A stretch of 64,000 nucleotides of DNA from contig OY282371.1 of the NCBI GenBank assembly GCA_958295715.1, positions 875,183 through 939,182 of the forward strand, in the 5' to 3' direction. The stretch is from an uncultured Dehalococcoidia bacterium (lineage in GTDB: Bacteria; Chloroflexota; Dehalococcoidia; Lucifugimonadales; GCA-2712585). Under the pieces are notes generated by a model, which worked only from the letters and a program-made list of their open reading frames with translations, was not told the DNA's origin and ran no database searches. Both the position numbers and the translations under genes were made by a program. Numbering within the stretch: the first letter of the stretch is position 1; the number at the start of each line of letters is the position of its first letter. Shown here piece by piece: positions 10,601 to 25,600 of the stretch.

Positions 10601-13600
10601 AATCGTAGTCGGCGGCGACGGCGGTGTCGGCGGAAGCTGCCCAGGCGACGGATACGGCGGCGTCGACGGCGTGGGAGAGAGTGACGGTGAAAGAGGCGTT
10701 GTTTCCCTCTGCGACGTTGGCGGCGGGGCCGCTGATGGAGAGGGTGGCGTTGTCGTCATCGGTGATGGTGAGGGTGGCTGAGGAGACGGAGAGTCCCACG
10801 CCCGAAGCCGTCGTGCCCTGGACGATGATGGTCTCGTTGCCCTCGACTATGGCGTCGGAGGTGGGGGTGACGGCGAAGGTGGCGGTTCCCGATGCGTCGC
10901 CTGCGGAGATGGTGACGTTGGCGGGGGTGGCGGCGTAGTCGTCGGTTCCACTGGCCGTGCCTCCGAGGGTGACGGTGACCAGGGTGTCCGTGGCGCGTGT
11001 TGTGGAGCCGTCGAGGGTGGCGGTGACGGTGAGGTTGGTGGCGGCGTCCGACTCGCCGATGGAGGTGTCGCTGAGGGATAGGGATATGTCGGTGGGGGCG
11101 TCGTCGTCGTCGGTGATAGTGGTGGAGACGGAGGTGACCGTTCCCAGGGTTGGGGTAGGGCCTCCGCCGCCTGAGGGTCCTGAGATAGAGAAGGAGAAGC
11201 CCTCGCCCGCGCCCTCGTCGATGACGTCCTGGGTTGTCTGGACCTCGACGGTCTGGGAGCCGGCGGCGGCGTTGGTGAAAGTCAACGTCCCCGAGGCGGC
11301 GGTGTAGTCGTTGGAGCCGGCGGTTCCGTGGGCGGTGGCGTAGCTGACGGTGAGGTTGGAGGTGGGGGTGACGCCTGAGGGAGAGAGGGAGACGGTGTAG
11401 GTTGCCTTGGCCCCCTCGTTGACGTCGGAGGGGCCCGAGAGGTTGACGGTGATGGGGTCTGAGGCGGAGATGGTGACGTCGCTGGAGGCCGCCATCCCTG
11501 ATAGGGAGACCCGTGCCGACAGCGTGGAGGTGATGGCGCCGAGGGCGACGCTGAAGTCCTCTGAAGTCTCGGATAGGTCGTCGTTGACGATGGCGACGGT
11601 GAAGGTCTTGGTGGAGTTGGCGGCGGAATTGGCGGTGAAGGAGACCGACCCGGAGGAGGTGGAATCGTAGTCTGCGGCGACGGCGGTGTCGGCGGATGCC
11701 GCCCAGGCGACGGAGACGGCGGCGTCTACTGCGTGAGAGAGGGTGACGGTGAAAGAGGCGTTGTTTCCCTCTGCGACGTTGGCCGCGGGGCCTGAGATAG
11801 AGAGGGTGGCGTTGTCGTCGTCGGTGATGGTGAGGGTGGCTGAGGAGACGGAGAGTCCCACGGAAGAAGCCGTCGTGCCCTGGACGATGATAGTCTCGTT
11901 GCCCTCGACTATGGCGTCGCTTGTGGGGGTGACGGCGAAGGTGACGGTGCCCGAAGCCGAGCCTGCGGAGATAGTGACGTTGGCGGGTGTGGCGGCGTAG
12001 TCGTCGGTTCCCGAGGCCGTGCCTGCCAGGGTGATAGTGACGAGGGTGTCCGTGGCGCGAGTTGTGGAGCCGTCGAGGGTGGCGGTGACGGTGAGGTTGG
12101 TGGCCGAGTCCGACTCTCCGATGGCGGTGTGGCTGAGGGATAGGGAGATGTCGGTGGGAGCGTCGTCGTCGTCGGTGATGGTGGTGGAGACGGAGGTGAC
12201 GGTTCCCAGGGTTGGGGTTGGCCCGCCGCCGCCTGAGGGTCCTGAGATAGAGAAGGTGAAGCCCTCGCCTGCGCCTTCGTCGATGACGTCCTGGGTGGTC
12301 TGGACCTCGACGGTCTGAGAGCCTGGAGCGGCGTTGGTGAAAGTGAGGGTCCCCGAGGCGGCGGTGTAGTCGCCGGCGCCGGCCGTGCCGTGGGCGGTGG
12401 CGTAGTTGACGGTGAGGTCCGAGGTGGGGGTGACGCCCGAGGGAGAGAGGGAGACGGTGTAGGTGGCCTTGGCCCCCTCGTTGACGTCGGAGGGGCCTGA
12501 GAGATTGACGGTGATGGGGTCTGAGGCCGAGATGGTGACGTCGCTGGAGGCCGCCGTGGCCGACAGGGACACCCGGGCGGACAACGTGCTGGTGATGGCG
12601 CCGAGAGCGACGCTGAAGGCCTCCGCCGTCTCCGACAGACTGTCGTTGACGATGGCGACGGTGAAGGTCTTGGTGGAGTTGGCTGAAGAGTTGGCGGTGA
12701 AGCTGACCGACCCGGAAGCGGTTGAACTGTAGTCGGCGGCTACGGCGGTGTCGGCGGAGGCCGCCCAGGCAACGGAGACGGCGGCGTCTACTGCGTGAGA
12801 GAGAGTGACGGTGAAGGATGCGTTGTTTCCTTCGGCGACGTTGGCGGCGGGGCCAGAGATAGAGAGGGTGGCGTTGTCGTCGTCGGTGATGGTGAGGGTG
12901 GCTGAAGACACCGTCAAGCCCACTGATGAAGCCGTCGTGCCCTGGACGATGATAGTCTCGTTGCCCTCGACTACGGCGTCGCTTGTGGGGGTGACGGCGA
13001 AGGTGGCGGTTCCCGAGGCTGAGCCTGCGGAGATAGTGACGTTGGCGGGGGTGGCCGAGTAGTCGTCGGTTCCCGAGGCCGTGCCTGCCAGAGTGACGGT
13101 GACCAGGGTGTCCGTGGCGCGGGTAGTGGAGCCGTCGAGGGTGGCGGTGACGGTGAGGTTGGTGGCGGCGTCGGACTCGCCGATGGAGGTGGAACTGAGG
13201 GATAGGGAGATGTCGGTGGGGGCGTCGTCGTCGTCGGTGATGGTGGTGGAGACGGACGTGACCGTTCCCAGGGTTGGGGTAGGGCCTCCTCCTCCTGAGG
13301 GTCCGGAGATAGAGAAGGTGAAGGCCTCGCCTGCGCCCTCGTCGATGACGTCCTGGGTGGTCTGGACCTCAACGGTCTGGGAGCCTGGGGCGGCGTTGGT
13401 GAAGGTGAGGGTTCCCGAGGCGGCGGTGTAGTCATCGGCGCCGGCTGTGCCGTGGGCGGTGGCGTAGTTGACGGTGAGGTTGGAGGTGGGGGTGACGCCT
13501 GAGGGAGAGAGAGAGACGGTGTAAGTGGCCTTGGCGCCCTCGTTGACGTCGGAGGGCCCCGAGAGATTGATAGTGATGGGGTCGCTGGCTGCAATGGTGA

Positions 13601-16600
13601 CGTCGCTGGAGGCCGCCGTGGCCGACAGGGAGACGCGAGCGGAGAGGGTGGAGGTGATGGCGCCGAGGGCGACGGAGAAGTCCTCTGAAGTCTCGGATAG
13701 GTCGTCGTTGACGATGGCGACGGTGAAGGTCTTGGTGGCCCCGGCGGCGGAGTTGGCCGTGAAGCTGACGGAGCCTGAAGCGGTGGAATCGTAGTCGGCG
13801 GCGACGGCGGTGTCGGCGGATGCTGCCCAGGCGACGGACACGGCGGCGTCCACGGCGTGGGAGAGGGTGACGGTGAAAGAGGCGTTGGCCCCCTCGGCGA
13901 CGTTGGCGGATGGGCCAGAGATGGAGAGGGTTGCGTTGTCGTCGTCGGTGATGGAGAGGGTGGCTGAGGAGACCGTCAGGCCGACCCCTGAAGTCGTGGA
14001 GCCGTTGACGATGATAGTCTCGTCGGCCTCGACGATGGCGTCGGAGGTGGGGGTGACGGCGAGGGTGACTGTGCCGGAGGCCGAGCCTGCGGAGATAGTG
14101 ACATTGGCGGGGGTGGCCGAGTAGTCGTCGGTGGCTGACGCGGTTCCCCCGAGGGTGACGGTGACGAGGGTGTCGGTGGCGCGGGTGGTGGAGCCGTCGA
14201 GGGTGGCGGTGACCGTGACGTTGGTTGCGGCGGCGGCTTCGCCGATGGAGGTGGAGCTGAGGGATAGGGATACGTCGGTGGGGGCTGAGTCGTCGTCGGT
14301 GATGGTGGTGGAGACGGAGGTGATCGTTCCCAGGGTTGGGGTAGGGCCTCCTCCTCCCGAGGGTGAGGAGATAGAGAAGGTGAATCCCTCGCCGGCCCCC
14401 TCGTCGATGACGTCCTGGGTGGTCTGGACGTCTACGGTCTGAGAGCCTGGGGCGGCGTTGGTGAAAGTCAACGTCCCCGAGGCGGCGGTGTAGTCACCGG
14501 CGCCGGCTGTTCCGTGGGCGGTGGCGTAGGAGACGGTGAGGTCTGATGTGGGTGTGACGCCCGAGGGGGAGAGGGAGACGGTGTAGGTGGCCTTGGCCCC
14601 CTCGTTGACGTCGGAGGGACCCGAGAGGTTGATAGTGATGGGGTCTGAGGCCGAGATGGTGACGTCGCTGGAGGCCGCCGTCCCCGACAGGGAGACCCGT
14701 GCCGACAGCGTGGAGGTGATGGCGCCGAGGGCGACGGAAAAGGCCTCGGAGGTCTCCGACAGGCTGTCGTTGACGATGGCGACGGTGAAAGTTTTCGTAG
14801 CCCCGGCCGCTGAGTTGGCGGTGAAGGAGACGGAGCCTGAGGAGGTGGAATCGTAGTCGGCGGCGACGGCGGTGTCGGCGGAAGCTGACCAGGCGACGGA
14901 GACGGATGCGTCTACGGCGTGAGAGAGGGTGACGGTGAAAGAGGCGTTGTTTCCCTCGGCGACGTTGGCGGCGGGGCCAGAGATAGAGAGAGTGGCGTTG
15001 TCGTCGTCGGTGATGGTGAGGGTGGCGGAGGAGACGGAGAGTCCCACGGAAGAATCCGTCGTGCCCTGGACGATGATAGTCTCGTTGCCCTCGACAATGG
15101 CGTCGGAGGTGGGGGTGACGGCGAAGGTGGCGGTTCCCGAGGCGTCGCCTGCGGAGATAGTGACGTTGGCGGGGGTGGCTGAATAGTCGTCTGTGCCTGA
15201 TGCGGTTCCCCCGAGGGTGACGGTGACCAGGGTGTCCGTGGCGCGGGTGGTGGAGCCGTCGAGAGTGGCGGTGACGGTGACGTTGGTTGCGGAGTCCGAC
15301 TCTCCGATGGAGGTGTGGCTGAGGGATAGGGAGATGTCTGTGGGGGCGTCGTCGTCGTCGGTGATGGTGGTGGACACGGACGTGACCGTTCCCAGGGTTG
15401 GGGAAGGCCCTCCTCCGCCTGAGGGCCCTGAGATAGAGAAGGAGAAGCCCTCGCCGGCGCCCTCGTCGATGACGTCCTGGGTGGTCTGGACCTCCACGGT
15501 CTGGGAGCCTGGGGCGGCGTTGGTGAAAGTGAGGGTCCCCGAGGCGGCGGTGTAGTCGTCGGCGCCGGCCGTGCCGTGGGCGGTGGCGTAGTTGACGGTG
15601 AGGTCGGAGGTGGGGGTGACGCCCGAGGGAGAGAGGGAGACGGTGTAAGTGGCCTTCGCCCCCTCGTTGACGTCGGAGGGGCCTGAGAGGTTGATAGTGA
15701 TGGGGTCTGAGGCGGAGATGGTGACGTCGCTGGAGGCCGCCGTGACCGACAGGGACACCCGGGCCGACAACGTGGAAGTGATGGCGCCGAGGGCCACGCT
15801 GAAGGCTTCGGAGGTCTCCGACAGACTGTCGTTGACGATGGCGACGGTGAACGTCTTGGTGGAGTTGGCGGCTGAGTTGGCGGTGAAGGACACGGAGCCT
15901 GAGGAGGTGGAATCGTAGTCGGCGGCGACGGCGGTGTCTGCTGAGGCTGCCCAGGCGACGGATACGGCTGCGTCCACGGCGTGAGAGAGAGTGACGGTGA
16001 AAGAGGCGTTGGAGCCTTCGGCGACGTTCGCGGCGGGGCCTGAGATAGAGAGAGTGGCGTTGTCGTCGTCGGTGATGGTGAGGGTGGCTGAGGAGACGGA
16101 GAGTCCCACGCCCGACGCGGTGGATCCCTCGACGATGATAGACTCGTTGCCCTCTACGATGGCGTCGGAGGTGGGAGTGACGGCGAAGGTGGCGGTTCCC
16201 GAGGCCGAGCCTGCGGAGATAGTGACGTTGGCGGGGGTGGCGGAGTAGTCCGTGGTTCCCGAGGCGGTTCCCGCGAGAGTGATAGTGACGAGGGTGTCGG
16301 TGGCGCGAGTAGTGGAGCCGTCGAGGGTGGCGGTGACGGTGAGGTTGGTTGCGGAGTCCGACTCGCCGATGGAGGTGGAACTGAGGGATAGGGAGATGTC
16401 TGTGGGGGCGTCGTCGTCGTCGGTGATGGTGGTGGAGACCGACGTGACCGTTCCCAGGGTGGGGGTTGGGCCTCCTCCGCCCGAGGGGGAGGAGATAGAG
16501 AAGGAGAAGCCCTCGCCTGCGCCTTCGTCGATGACGTCCTGGGTGGTCTGGACCTCGACGGTCTGAGAGCCTGGGGCGGCGTTGGTGAAAGTCAACGTCC

Positions 16601-19600
16601 CTGAGGCGGCGGTGTAGTCACCGGCGCCGGCCGTGCCGTGGGCGGTGGCGTAGTTGACGGTGAGGTCTGAGGTGGGGGTGACGCCCGAGGGAGAGAGGGA
16701 GACGGTGTAAGTGGCCTTGGCCCCCTCGTTGACCGATGAGGGTCCTGAGAGGTTGACGGTGATGGGGTCTGAGGCCGAGATGGTGACGTCGCTGGAGGCC
16801 GCCGTGGCTGACAGGGAGACCCTTGCCGACAGCGTGGAGGTGATGGCGCCGAGAGCCACGCTGAAGGCCTCCGCCGTCTCCGACAGACTGTCGTTGACGA
16901 TGGCGACGGTGAAAGTTTTGGTGGAGTTGGCCGCGGAATTGGCGGTGAAGCTGATCGACCCTGAAGCGGTTGAACCGTAGTCGGCGGCGACGGCGGTGTC
17001 GGCGGAAGCCGCCCAGGCGACGGAGACGGCGGCGTCCACGGCGTGAGAGAGGGTGACGGTGAAGGACGCGTTGTTTCCCTCGGCGACGTTGGCGGATGGG
17101 CCTGAGATAGAGAGAGTGGCGTTGTCGTCGTCGGTGAGGGTGAGGGTGGCTGAGGATACGGAGAGTCCCACGCCCGACGCGGTGGATCCCTCGACGATGA
17201 TGGTCTCGTTGCCCTCGACGATGGCGTCGGAGGTGGGGGTGACGGCGAAGGTGGCGGTTCCCGAAGCGTCGCCTGCGGAGATAGTGACGTTGGCGGGGGT
17301 GGCCGAATAGTCGTCGGTTCCACTGGCCGTTCCCGCCAGGGTGACGGTGACCAGGGTGTCGGTGGCCCGGGTGGTGGCGCCGTTGAGGGTGGCGGTGACG
17401 GTGACGTTGGTTGCGGAGTCCGACTCGCCGATGGAGGTTGCGCTGAGGGAGAGGGAGATGTCGGTGGGGGCGTCGTCGTCGTCGGTGATGGTGGTGGAGA
17501 CGGAGGTGACCGTTCCCAGGGTGGGGGTTGGGCCTCCTCCTCCTGAGGGTGAAGAGGTAGAGAAGGTGAAGCCCTCGCCTGCGCCCTCGTCGATGACGTC
17601 CTGGGTGGTCTGGACCTCGACGGTCTGGGAGCCGGCGGCGGAACTGGTGAAAGTCAACGTGCCTGAAGCGGCGGTGTAGTCGCCGGCGCCGGCGGTTCCG
17701 TGGGCGGTGGCGTAGTTGACGGTGAGGTCTGATGTGGGGGTGACGCCGGAGGGGGAGAGGGAGACGGTGTAGGTGGCCTTGGCCCCCTCGTTGACGTCGG
17801 AGGGTCCCGAGAGATTGACGGTGATGGGGTCTGAGGCTGAGATGGTGACGTCGCTGGAGGCCGCCGTGGCCGACAGGGAGACGCGGGCGGAGAGGGTGGA
17901 GGTGATGGCGCCGATGGCGACGGAAAAGGCCTCTGAAGTCTCCGACAAGTCGTCGTTGATGATGGCGACGGTGAACGTCTTGGTGGAGTTGGCTGAGGAA
18001 TTGGCCGTGAAGCTGACCGACCCGGAAGCGGTTGAACCGTAGTCGGCGGCGACGGCGGTGTCGGCGGAGGCTGCCCAGGCGACGGAGACGGCGGCGTCCA
18101 CGGCGTGGGATAGGGTGACGGTGAAGGACGCGTTGTTTCCCTCGGCGACGCTTGAGGATGGTCCGCTGATGGAGAGGGTGGCGTTGTCGTCGTCGGTGAT
18201 GGTGAGGGTGGCTGAAGACACCGTCAAGCCGACCCCTGAAGTGGTTGTGCCCTGGACTATGATAGTCTCGTTGCCTTCGACTACGGCGTCGGAGGTGGGG
18301 GTGACGGCGAAGGTGACGGTTCCCGAGGCGGAGCCTGCGGAGATAGTGACGTTGGCGGGGGTGGCCGAGTAGTCGTCGGTTCCCGAGGCGGTTCCCCCGA
18401 GGGTGACGGTGACCAGGGTGTCCGTGGCGCGGGTGGTGGAGCCGTCGAGAGTGGCGGTGACGGTGACGTCGGTGGCCGAGTCCGACTCGCCGATGGAGGT
18501 GGAACTGAGGGATAGGGACACGTCGGTGGGGGCGTCGTCGTCGTCGGTGATGGTGGTGGAGACGGACGTGACCGTTCCCAGGGTTGGGGAAGGGCCTCCT
18601 CCGCCTGAGGGTCCTGAGATAGAGAAGGAGAATCCCTCGCCGGCGCCCTCGTCGATGACGTCCTGGGTGGTCTGGACCTCGACGGTCTGGGAGCCCGGGG
18701 CGGCGTTGGTGAAGGTCAACGTCCCCGATGCGGCGGTGTAGTCGCCGGCGCCGGCCGTGCCGTGGGCGGTGGCGTAGTTGACGGTGAGGTCTGAGGTGGG
18801 GGTGACGCCCGAGGGAGATAGGGATACGGTGTAGGTGGCCTTGGCCCCCTCGTTGACGTCGGAGGGCCCCGAGAGATTGATGGTGATGGGGTCTGAGGCC
18901 GAGATGGTGACGTCGCTGGAGGCCGCCGTGGCCGACAGGGAGACGCGGGCCGACAGGGTGGAGGTGATGGCGCCAAGGGCGACACTGAAGGCCTCTGAAG
19001 TCTCCGAGAGGTCGTCGTTGACGATGGCGACGGTGAAAGTTTTCGTAACCCCGGCGGCTGAGTTGGCCGTGAAGCTGACGGAGCCTGAGGCGGTTGAACT
19101 GTAGTCTGAGGTGGCCGCCGTGTCTGCGGATGCTGCCCAGGCGACGGAGACGGCTGCGTCTACGGCGTGGGAGAGGGTGACGGTGAAAGAGGCGTTGTTT
19201 CCCTCTGCGACGTTGGCGGCGGGGCCTGAGATAGAGAGAGTGGCGTTGTCGTCGTCGGTGATAGTGAGGGTGGCTGAGGACACCGTCAGGCCGACCCCTG
19301 AAGTCGTCGTGCCCTGCACAATGATGGTCTCGTTGCCCTCTACGACAGCGTCGCTTGTGGGTGTGACGGCGAAGGTGGCGGTTCCCGAGGCGTCGCCTGC
19401 GGAGATAGTGACGTTGGCGGGGGTGGCGGCGTAGTCGTCGGTTCCACTGGCCGTGCCTGCCAGGGTGACGGTGACCAGAGTGTCCGTGGCGCGTGTAGTG
19501 GAGCCGTCGAGGGTGGCGGTGACGGTGAGGTTGGTGGCGGAGTCCGACTCGCCGATGGAAGTGGAACTGAGGGATAGGGACACGTCGGTGGGGGCCGAGT

Positions 19601-22600
19601 CGTCGTCGGTGATGGTGGTGGAGACCGACGTGACCGTTCCCAGGGTTGGGGAAGGGCCGCCTCCTCCTGAAGGGCCGGAGATAGAGAAGGAGAAGGCCTC
19701 GCCGGCCCCCTCGTCGATGACGTCCTGGGTGGTCTGGACCTCTACTGTTTGAGAGCCGGCGGCGCTGCTGGTGAAAGTGAGGGTTCCCGAGGCGGCGGTG
19801 TAGTCGTCGGCGCCGGCTGTGCCGTGGGCGGTGGCGTAGTTGACGGTGAGGTCCGAGGTGGGGGTGACGCCCGAGGGTGAGAGGGAGACGGTGTAGGTGG
19901 CCTTGGCCCCCTCGTTGACGTCAGCGGGTCCCGAGAGATTGACGGTGATGGGGTCTGAGGCCGAGATGGTGACGTCGCTGGAGGCCGCCGTCCCCGACAG
20001 GGAGACCCGTGCCGACAACGTGGAAGTGATGGCGCCGAGAGCGACGGAAAAGGCCTCTGAAGTCTCCGACAAGTCGTCGTTGATGATGGCGACGGTGAAC
20101 GTCTTGGTGGAGTTGGCTGAGGAATTGGCCGTGAAGCTGACCGACCCGGAAGCGGTTGAATCGTAGTCTGCGGCGACGGCGGTGTCTGCGGATGCTGACC
20201 AGGCGACGGCTACGGCGGCGTCGACGGCGTGAGAGAGGGTGACGGTGAAAGAGGCGTTGTTTCCCTCTGCGACGTTGGCTGAGGGGCCTGAGATGGAGAG
20301 GGTTGCGTTGTCGTCGTCGGTGATGGTGAGGGTGGCTGAAGACACCGTCAAGCCGACCCCTGAAGTGGTTGTGCCCTGGACGATGATAGTCTCGTTGCCC
20401 TCAACCACGGCGTCGCTTGTGGGGGTGACGGCGAAGGTGACGGTGCCCGAAGCCGAGCCTGCGGAGATAGTGACGTTGGCGGGGGTGGCGGCGTAGTCGG
20501 CGGTTCCCGAGGCGGTTCCTCCGAGGGTGATGGTGACGAGGGTGTCCGTGGCGCGAGTTGTGGAGCCGTCTAAGGTGGCGGTGACGGTGACGTCGGTGGC
20601 CGAGTCCGACTCTCCGATGGAGGTGTGGCTGAGGGATAGGGAGATGTCTGTGGGGGCGTCGTCGTCGTCGGTGATAGTGGTGGAGACCGACGTGACCGTT
20701 CCCAGGGAAGGTGAAGGCCCGCCGCCGCCCGAGGGTCCTGAGATAGAGAAGGTGAAGCCCTCGCCTGCGCCCTCGTCAATGACGTCCTGGGTGGTCTGGA
20801 CCTCGACGGTCTGGGAGCCTGGGGCGGCGTTGGTGAAAGTCAACGTCCCCGAGGCGGCGGTGTAGTCGCCGGCGCCGGCTGTGCCGTGGGCGGTGGCGTA
20901 GTTGACGGTGAGGTCTGACGTGGGGGTGACGCCCGAGGGGGAGAGGGACACGGTGTAAGTGGCCTTGGCCCCCTCGTTGACGTCGGAGGGTCCTGAGAGA
21001 TTGATAGTGATGGGGTCGCTGGCCGAGATGGTGACGTCGCTGGAGGCCGCCGTCCCCGACAGGGAGACGCGAGCCGACAACGTGGAAGTGATGGCGCCGA
21101 GGGCGACGCTGAAGGCTTCGGAGGTCTCCGAGAGGTCGTCGTTGACGATGGCGACGGTGAAAGTTTTCGTAGCCCCGGCCGCGGAATTGGCGGTGAAGGA
21201 GACGGAGCCTGAGGAGGTGGAATCGTAGTCGGCGGCGACGGCGGTGTCTGCGGATGCTGCCCAGGCTACGGATACGGCGGCGTCTACGGCGTGGGAGAGG
21301 GTGACGGTGAAAGAGGCGTTGTTTCCCTCTGCGACGTTGGCGGCGGGGCCAGAGATAGAGAGGGTGGCGTTGTCGTCGTCGGTGATGGTGAGGGTGGCTG
21401 AGGACACCGTCAAGCCGACCCCTGAAGTCGTCGTGCCCTGGACGATGATAGTCTCGTTGCCCTCGACTATGGCGTCGGAGGTGGGGGTGACGGCGAAGGT
21501 GGCGGTTCCCGAGGCGTCGCCTGCGGAGATAGTGACGTTGGCGGGGGTGGCGGCGTAGTCGTCGGTTCCCGAGGCGGTTCCCCCGAGAGTGATGGTGACC
21601 AGAGTGTCCGTGGCGCGGGTTGTGGAGCCGTCAAGGGTGGCGGTGACGGTGACGTTGGTTGCGGAGTCGGCCTCGCCGATGGAGGTGTGGCTGAGGGAGA
21701 GGGACACGCTGGTGGGGGCCGAGTCGTCGTCGGTGATGGTGGTGGACACCGAAGACCCGGAGGCGAGGGAAGGTGAAGGCCCGCCGCCGCCTGAGGGGGA
21801 GGAGATGGCGAAGGTGAAGGCCTCGCCGGCCCCCTCGTCGATGACGTCCTGGGTGGTCTGTACCTCGACGGTCTGAGAGCCGGCGGCGGCGTTGGTGAAA
21901 GTCAACGTCCCCGAGGCGGCGGTGTAGTCGCCGGCGCCGGCCGTGCCGTGGGCGGTGGCGTAGTTGACGGTGAGATCCGAGGTGGGGGTGACGCCTGAGG
22001 GAGATAGGGAGACGGTGTAGGTGGCCTTGGCCCCCTCGTTGACGGAGCCTGGCCCCGAGAGGTTGACGGTGATGGGGTCGCTGGCCGAGATGGTGACGTC
22101 GCTGGAGGCCGCCGTGGCCGACAGGGAGACGCGAGCGGAGAGGGTGGAAGTGATGGCGCCGAGGGCGACGCTGAAGGCCTCGGAGGTCTCCGACAGACTG
22201 TCGTTGACGATGGCGACGGTGAAGGTCTTGGTGGAGTTGGCGGCAGAGTTGGCGGTGAAGCTGACGGAGCCTGAGGAGGTTGAATCGTAGTCGGCGGCTA
22301 CGGCGGTGTCGGCGGAAGCTGCCCAGGCTACGGATACGGCGGCGTCCACGGCGTGGGAGAGAGTGACGGTGAAAGAGGCGTTGTTTCCCTCGGCGACGTT
22401 GGCTGAGGGGCCAGAGATAGAGAGAGTGGCGTTGTCGTCGTCGGTGATGGTGAGGGTGGCGGAGGAGACGGAGAGTCCTACGCCCGACGCGGTGGATCCC
22501 TCAACGATGATGGTCTCGTTGCCCTCGACGACGGCGTCGGAGGTGGGGGTGACGGCGAAGGTGGCGGTTCCCGAGGCGTCGCCTGCGGAGATAGTGACGT

Positions 22601-25600
22601 TGGCGGGGGTGGCGGCGTAGTCGTCGGTTCCCGAGGCCGTTCCCCCGAGAGTGACGGTGACCAGAGTGTCGGTGGCGCGGGTGGTGGAGCCGTCTAAGGT
22701 GGCGGTGACGGTGAGGTTGGTGGCGGCGTCGGACTCGCCGATGGAGGTTGCGCTGAGGGAGAGGGAGATGTCGGTGGGGGCGTCGTCGTCGTCGGTGATG
22801 GTGGTGGAGACGGAGGTGACCGTTCCCAGCGTTGGGGTTGGGCCTCCTCCTCCCGAGGGGCTGGAGATAGAGAAGGTGAAGCCCTCGCCTGCGCCCTCGT
22901 CGATGACGTCATCGGTGGTCTGGACCTCAACGGTCTGGGAGCCTGGGGCGGCGTTGGTGAAGGTCAACGTGCCCGAGGCGGCGGTGTAGTCGCCGGCGCC
23001 GGCCGTGCCGTGGGCGGTGGCGTAGTTGACGGTGAGGTCCGAGGTGGGGGTGACGCCCGAGGGAGAGAGGGAGACGGTATAGGTGGCCTTGGCGCCCTCG
23101 TTGACGTCGGAGGGACCTGAGAGGTTGATAGTGATGGGGTCTGAGGCGGAGATGGTGACGTCGCTGGAGGCCGCCGTCCCTGACAGGGAGACCCGTGCCG
23201 ACAGCGTGCTGGTGATGGCGCCGAGAGCCACGCTGAAGGCCTCCGCCGTCTCCGAGAGGTCGTCGTTGATGATGGCGACGGTGAAGGTTTTGGTAGAGTT
23301 GGCCGCTGAATTGGCCGTGAAAGACACCGAGCCTGAGGAGGTGGAACCGTAGTCGGCGGCGACGGCGGTGTCTGCGGAGGCTGCCCAGGCGACGGAGACG
23401 GCGGCGTCGACGGCGTGGGAAAGGGTGACGGTGAAAGAGGCGTTGTTTCCCTCGGCGACGTTGGCGGCGGGCCCTGAGATAGAGAGGGTGGCGTTGTCGT
23501 CGTCGGTGATGGTGAGGGTGGCTGAGGAGACGGAGAGTCCCACGCCCGACGCGGTGGCGCCGTTGACGATGATGGTCTCGTTGCCCTCGACAATGGCGTC
23601 GGAGGTGGGGGTGACGGCGAAGGTGGCGGTGCCCGAGGCCGAGCCTGCGGAGATAGTGACGTTGGCGGGGGTGGCGGCGTAGTCGTCGGTTCCACTGGCC
23701 GTGCCTCCGAGAGTGACGGTGACCAGGGTGTCCGTGGCGCGTGTGGTGGAGCCGTCCAAGGTGGCGGTGACGGTGAGGTTGGTTGCGGCGTCCGACTCGC
23801 CGATGGAAGTGGAACTGAGGGATAGGGACACGTCGGTGGGGGCCGAGTCGTCGTCGGTGATGGTGGTGGAGACGGAGGTGACTGAGCCCAGGGTTGGGGA
23901 AGGCCCGCCACCGCCTGAAGGGCCGGAGATAGAGAAGGTGAAGCCCTCACCGGCCCCCTCGTCAATGACGTCCTGGGTGGTCTGGACCTCCACGGTCTGA
24001 GAGCCTGGGGCGGCGTTGGTGAAGGTGAGGGTCCCGGAGGCGGCGGTGTAGTCACCGGCGCCGGCTGTGCCGTGGGCGGTGGCGTAGTTGACGGTGAGGT
24101 CTGAGGTGGGGGTGACGCCCGAGGGGGAGAGGGACACGGTGTAAGTGGCCTTGGCCCCTTCGTTGACGGAGCCTGGCCCCGAGAGGTTGATAGTGATGGG
24201 GTCTGAGGCGGAGATGGTGACGTCGCTGGAGGCCGCTGTCCCCGACAGGGAGACCCGGGCCGACAACGTGGAAGTGATGGCGCCGAGAGCCACGCTGAAG
24301 GCCTCGGAGGTCTCCGACAGACTGTCGTTGACGATGGCGACGGTGAAGGTCTTGGTGGAGTTGGCGGCGGAATTGGCGGTGAAGCTGACCGACCCGGAGG
24401 AGGTGGAATCGTAGTCGGCGGCGACGGCGGTGTCGGCGGAAGCTGCCCAGGCGACGGATACGGCGGCGTCTACGGCGTGAGAAAGGGTGACGGTGAAGGA
24501 CGCGTTGGAACCTTCGGCGACGCTGGCTGAGGGGCCTGAGATAGAGAGGGTGGCGTTGTCGTCGTCGGTGATGGTGAGGGTGGCTGAACTCACCGTCAGG
24601 CCGACCCCAGAAGCCGTCGTGCCCTGGACGATGATAGTCTCGTTGGCCTCGACTACGGCGTCGGAGGTGGGGGTGACGGCGAGGGTGGCGGTGCCCGAGG
24701 CGTCGCCTGCGGAGATAGTGACGTTGGCGGGGGTGGCCGAGTAGTCGGCGGTTCCACTGGCGGTTCCCCCGAGGGTGACGGTGACCAGAGTGTCCGTGGC
24801 GCGAGTGGTGGAGCCGTCAAGGGTGGCGGTGACGGTGACGTTGGTGGCCGAGTCCGACTCGCCGATGGAAGTGGAACTGAGGGAGAGGGACACGTCGGTG
24901 GGCGCCGAATCGTCGTCGGTGATGGTGGTGGAGACCGACGTGACCGTTCCCAGGGTTGGGGAAGGCCCTCCTCCTCCTGAGGGTCCTGAGATAGAGAAGG
25001 TGAAGCCCTCGCCGGCGCCCTCGTCGATGACGTCCTGGGTGGTCTGGACCTCCACGGTTTGGGAGCCTGGGGCGGCGTTGGTGAAAGTCAACGTCCCCGA
25101 GGCGGCGGTGTAGTCGCCGGCGCCGGCTGTTCCGTGGGCGGTGGCGTAGGAGACGGTGAGGTTGGAGGTGGGGGTGACGCCCGAGGGGGAGAGGGATACG
25201 GTGTAAGTGGCCTTGGCCCCCTCGTTGACCGATGAGGGGCCTGAGAGATTGACGGTGATGGGGTCGCTGGCCGAGATGGTGACGTCGCTGGAGGCCGCCG
25301 TGGCCGACAGGGACACCCTTGCCGACAGCGTGGAAGTGATGGCGCCGAGGGCCACGCTGAAGGCCTCGGAGGTCTCGGATAGGTCGTCGTTGACGATGGC
25401 GACGGTGAAGGTTTTCGTAGCCCCGGCTGCTGAGTTGGCGGTGAAGCTGACCGACCCGGAAGCGGTTGAACCGTAGTCGGCGGCGACGGCGGTGTCTGCG
25501 GATGCTGCCCAGGCGACGGAGACGGCGGCGTCGACGGCGTGAGAGAGGGTGACGGTGAAAGAGGCGTTGGAACCCTCGGCGACGTTGGCTGAGGGGCCAG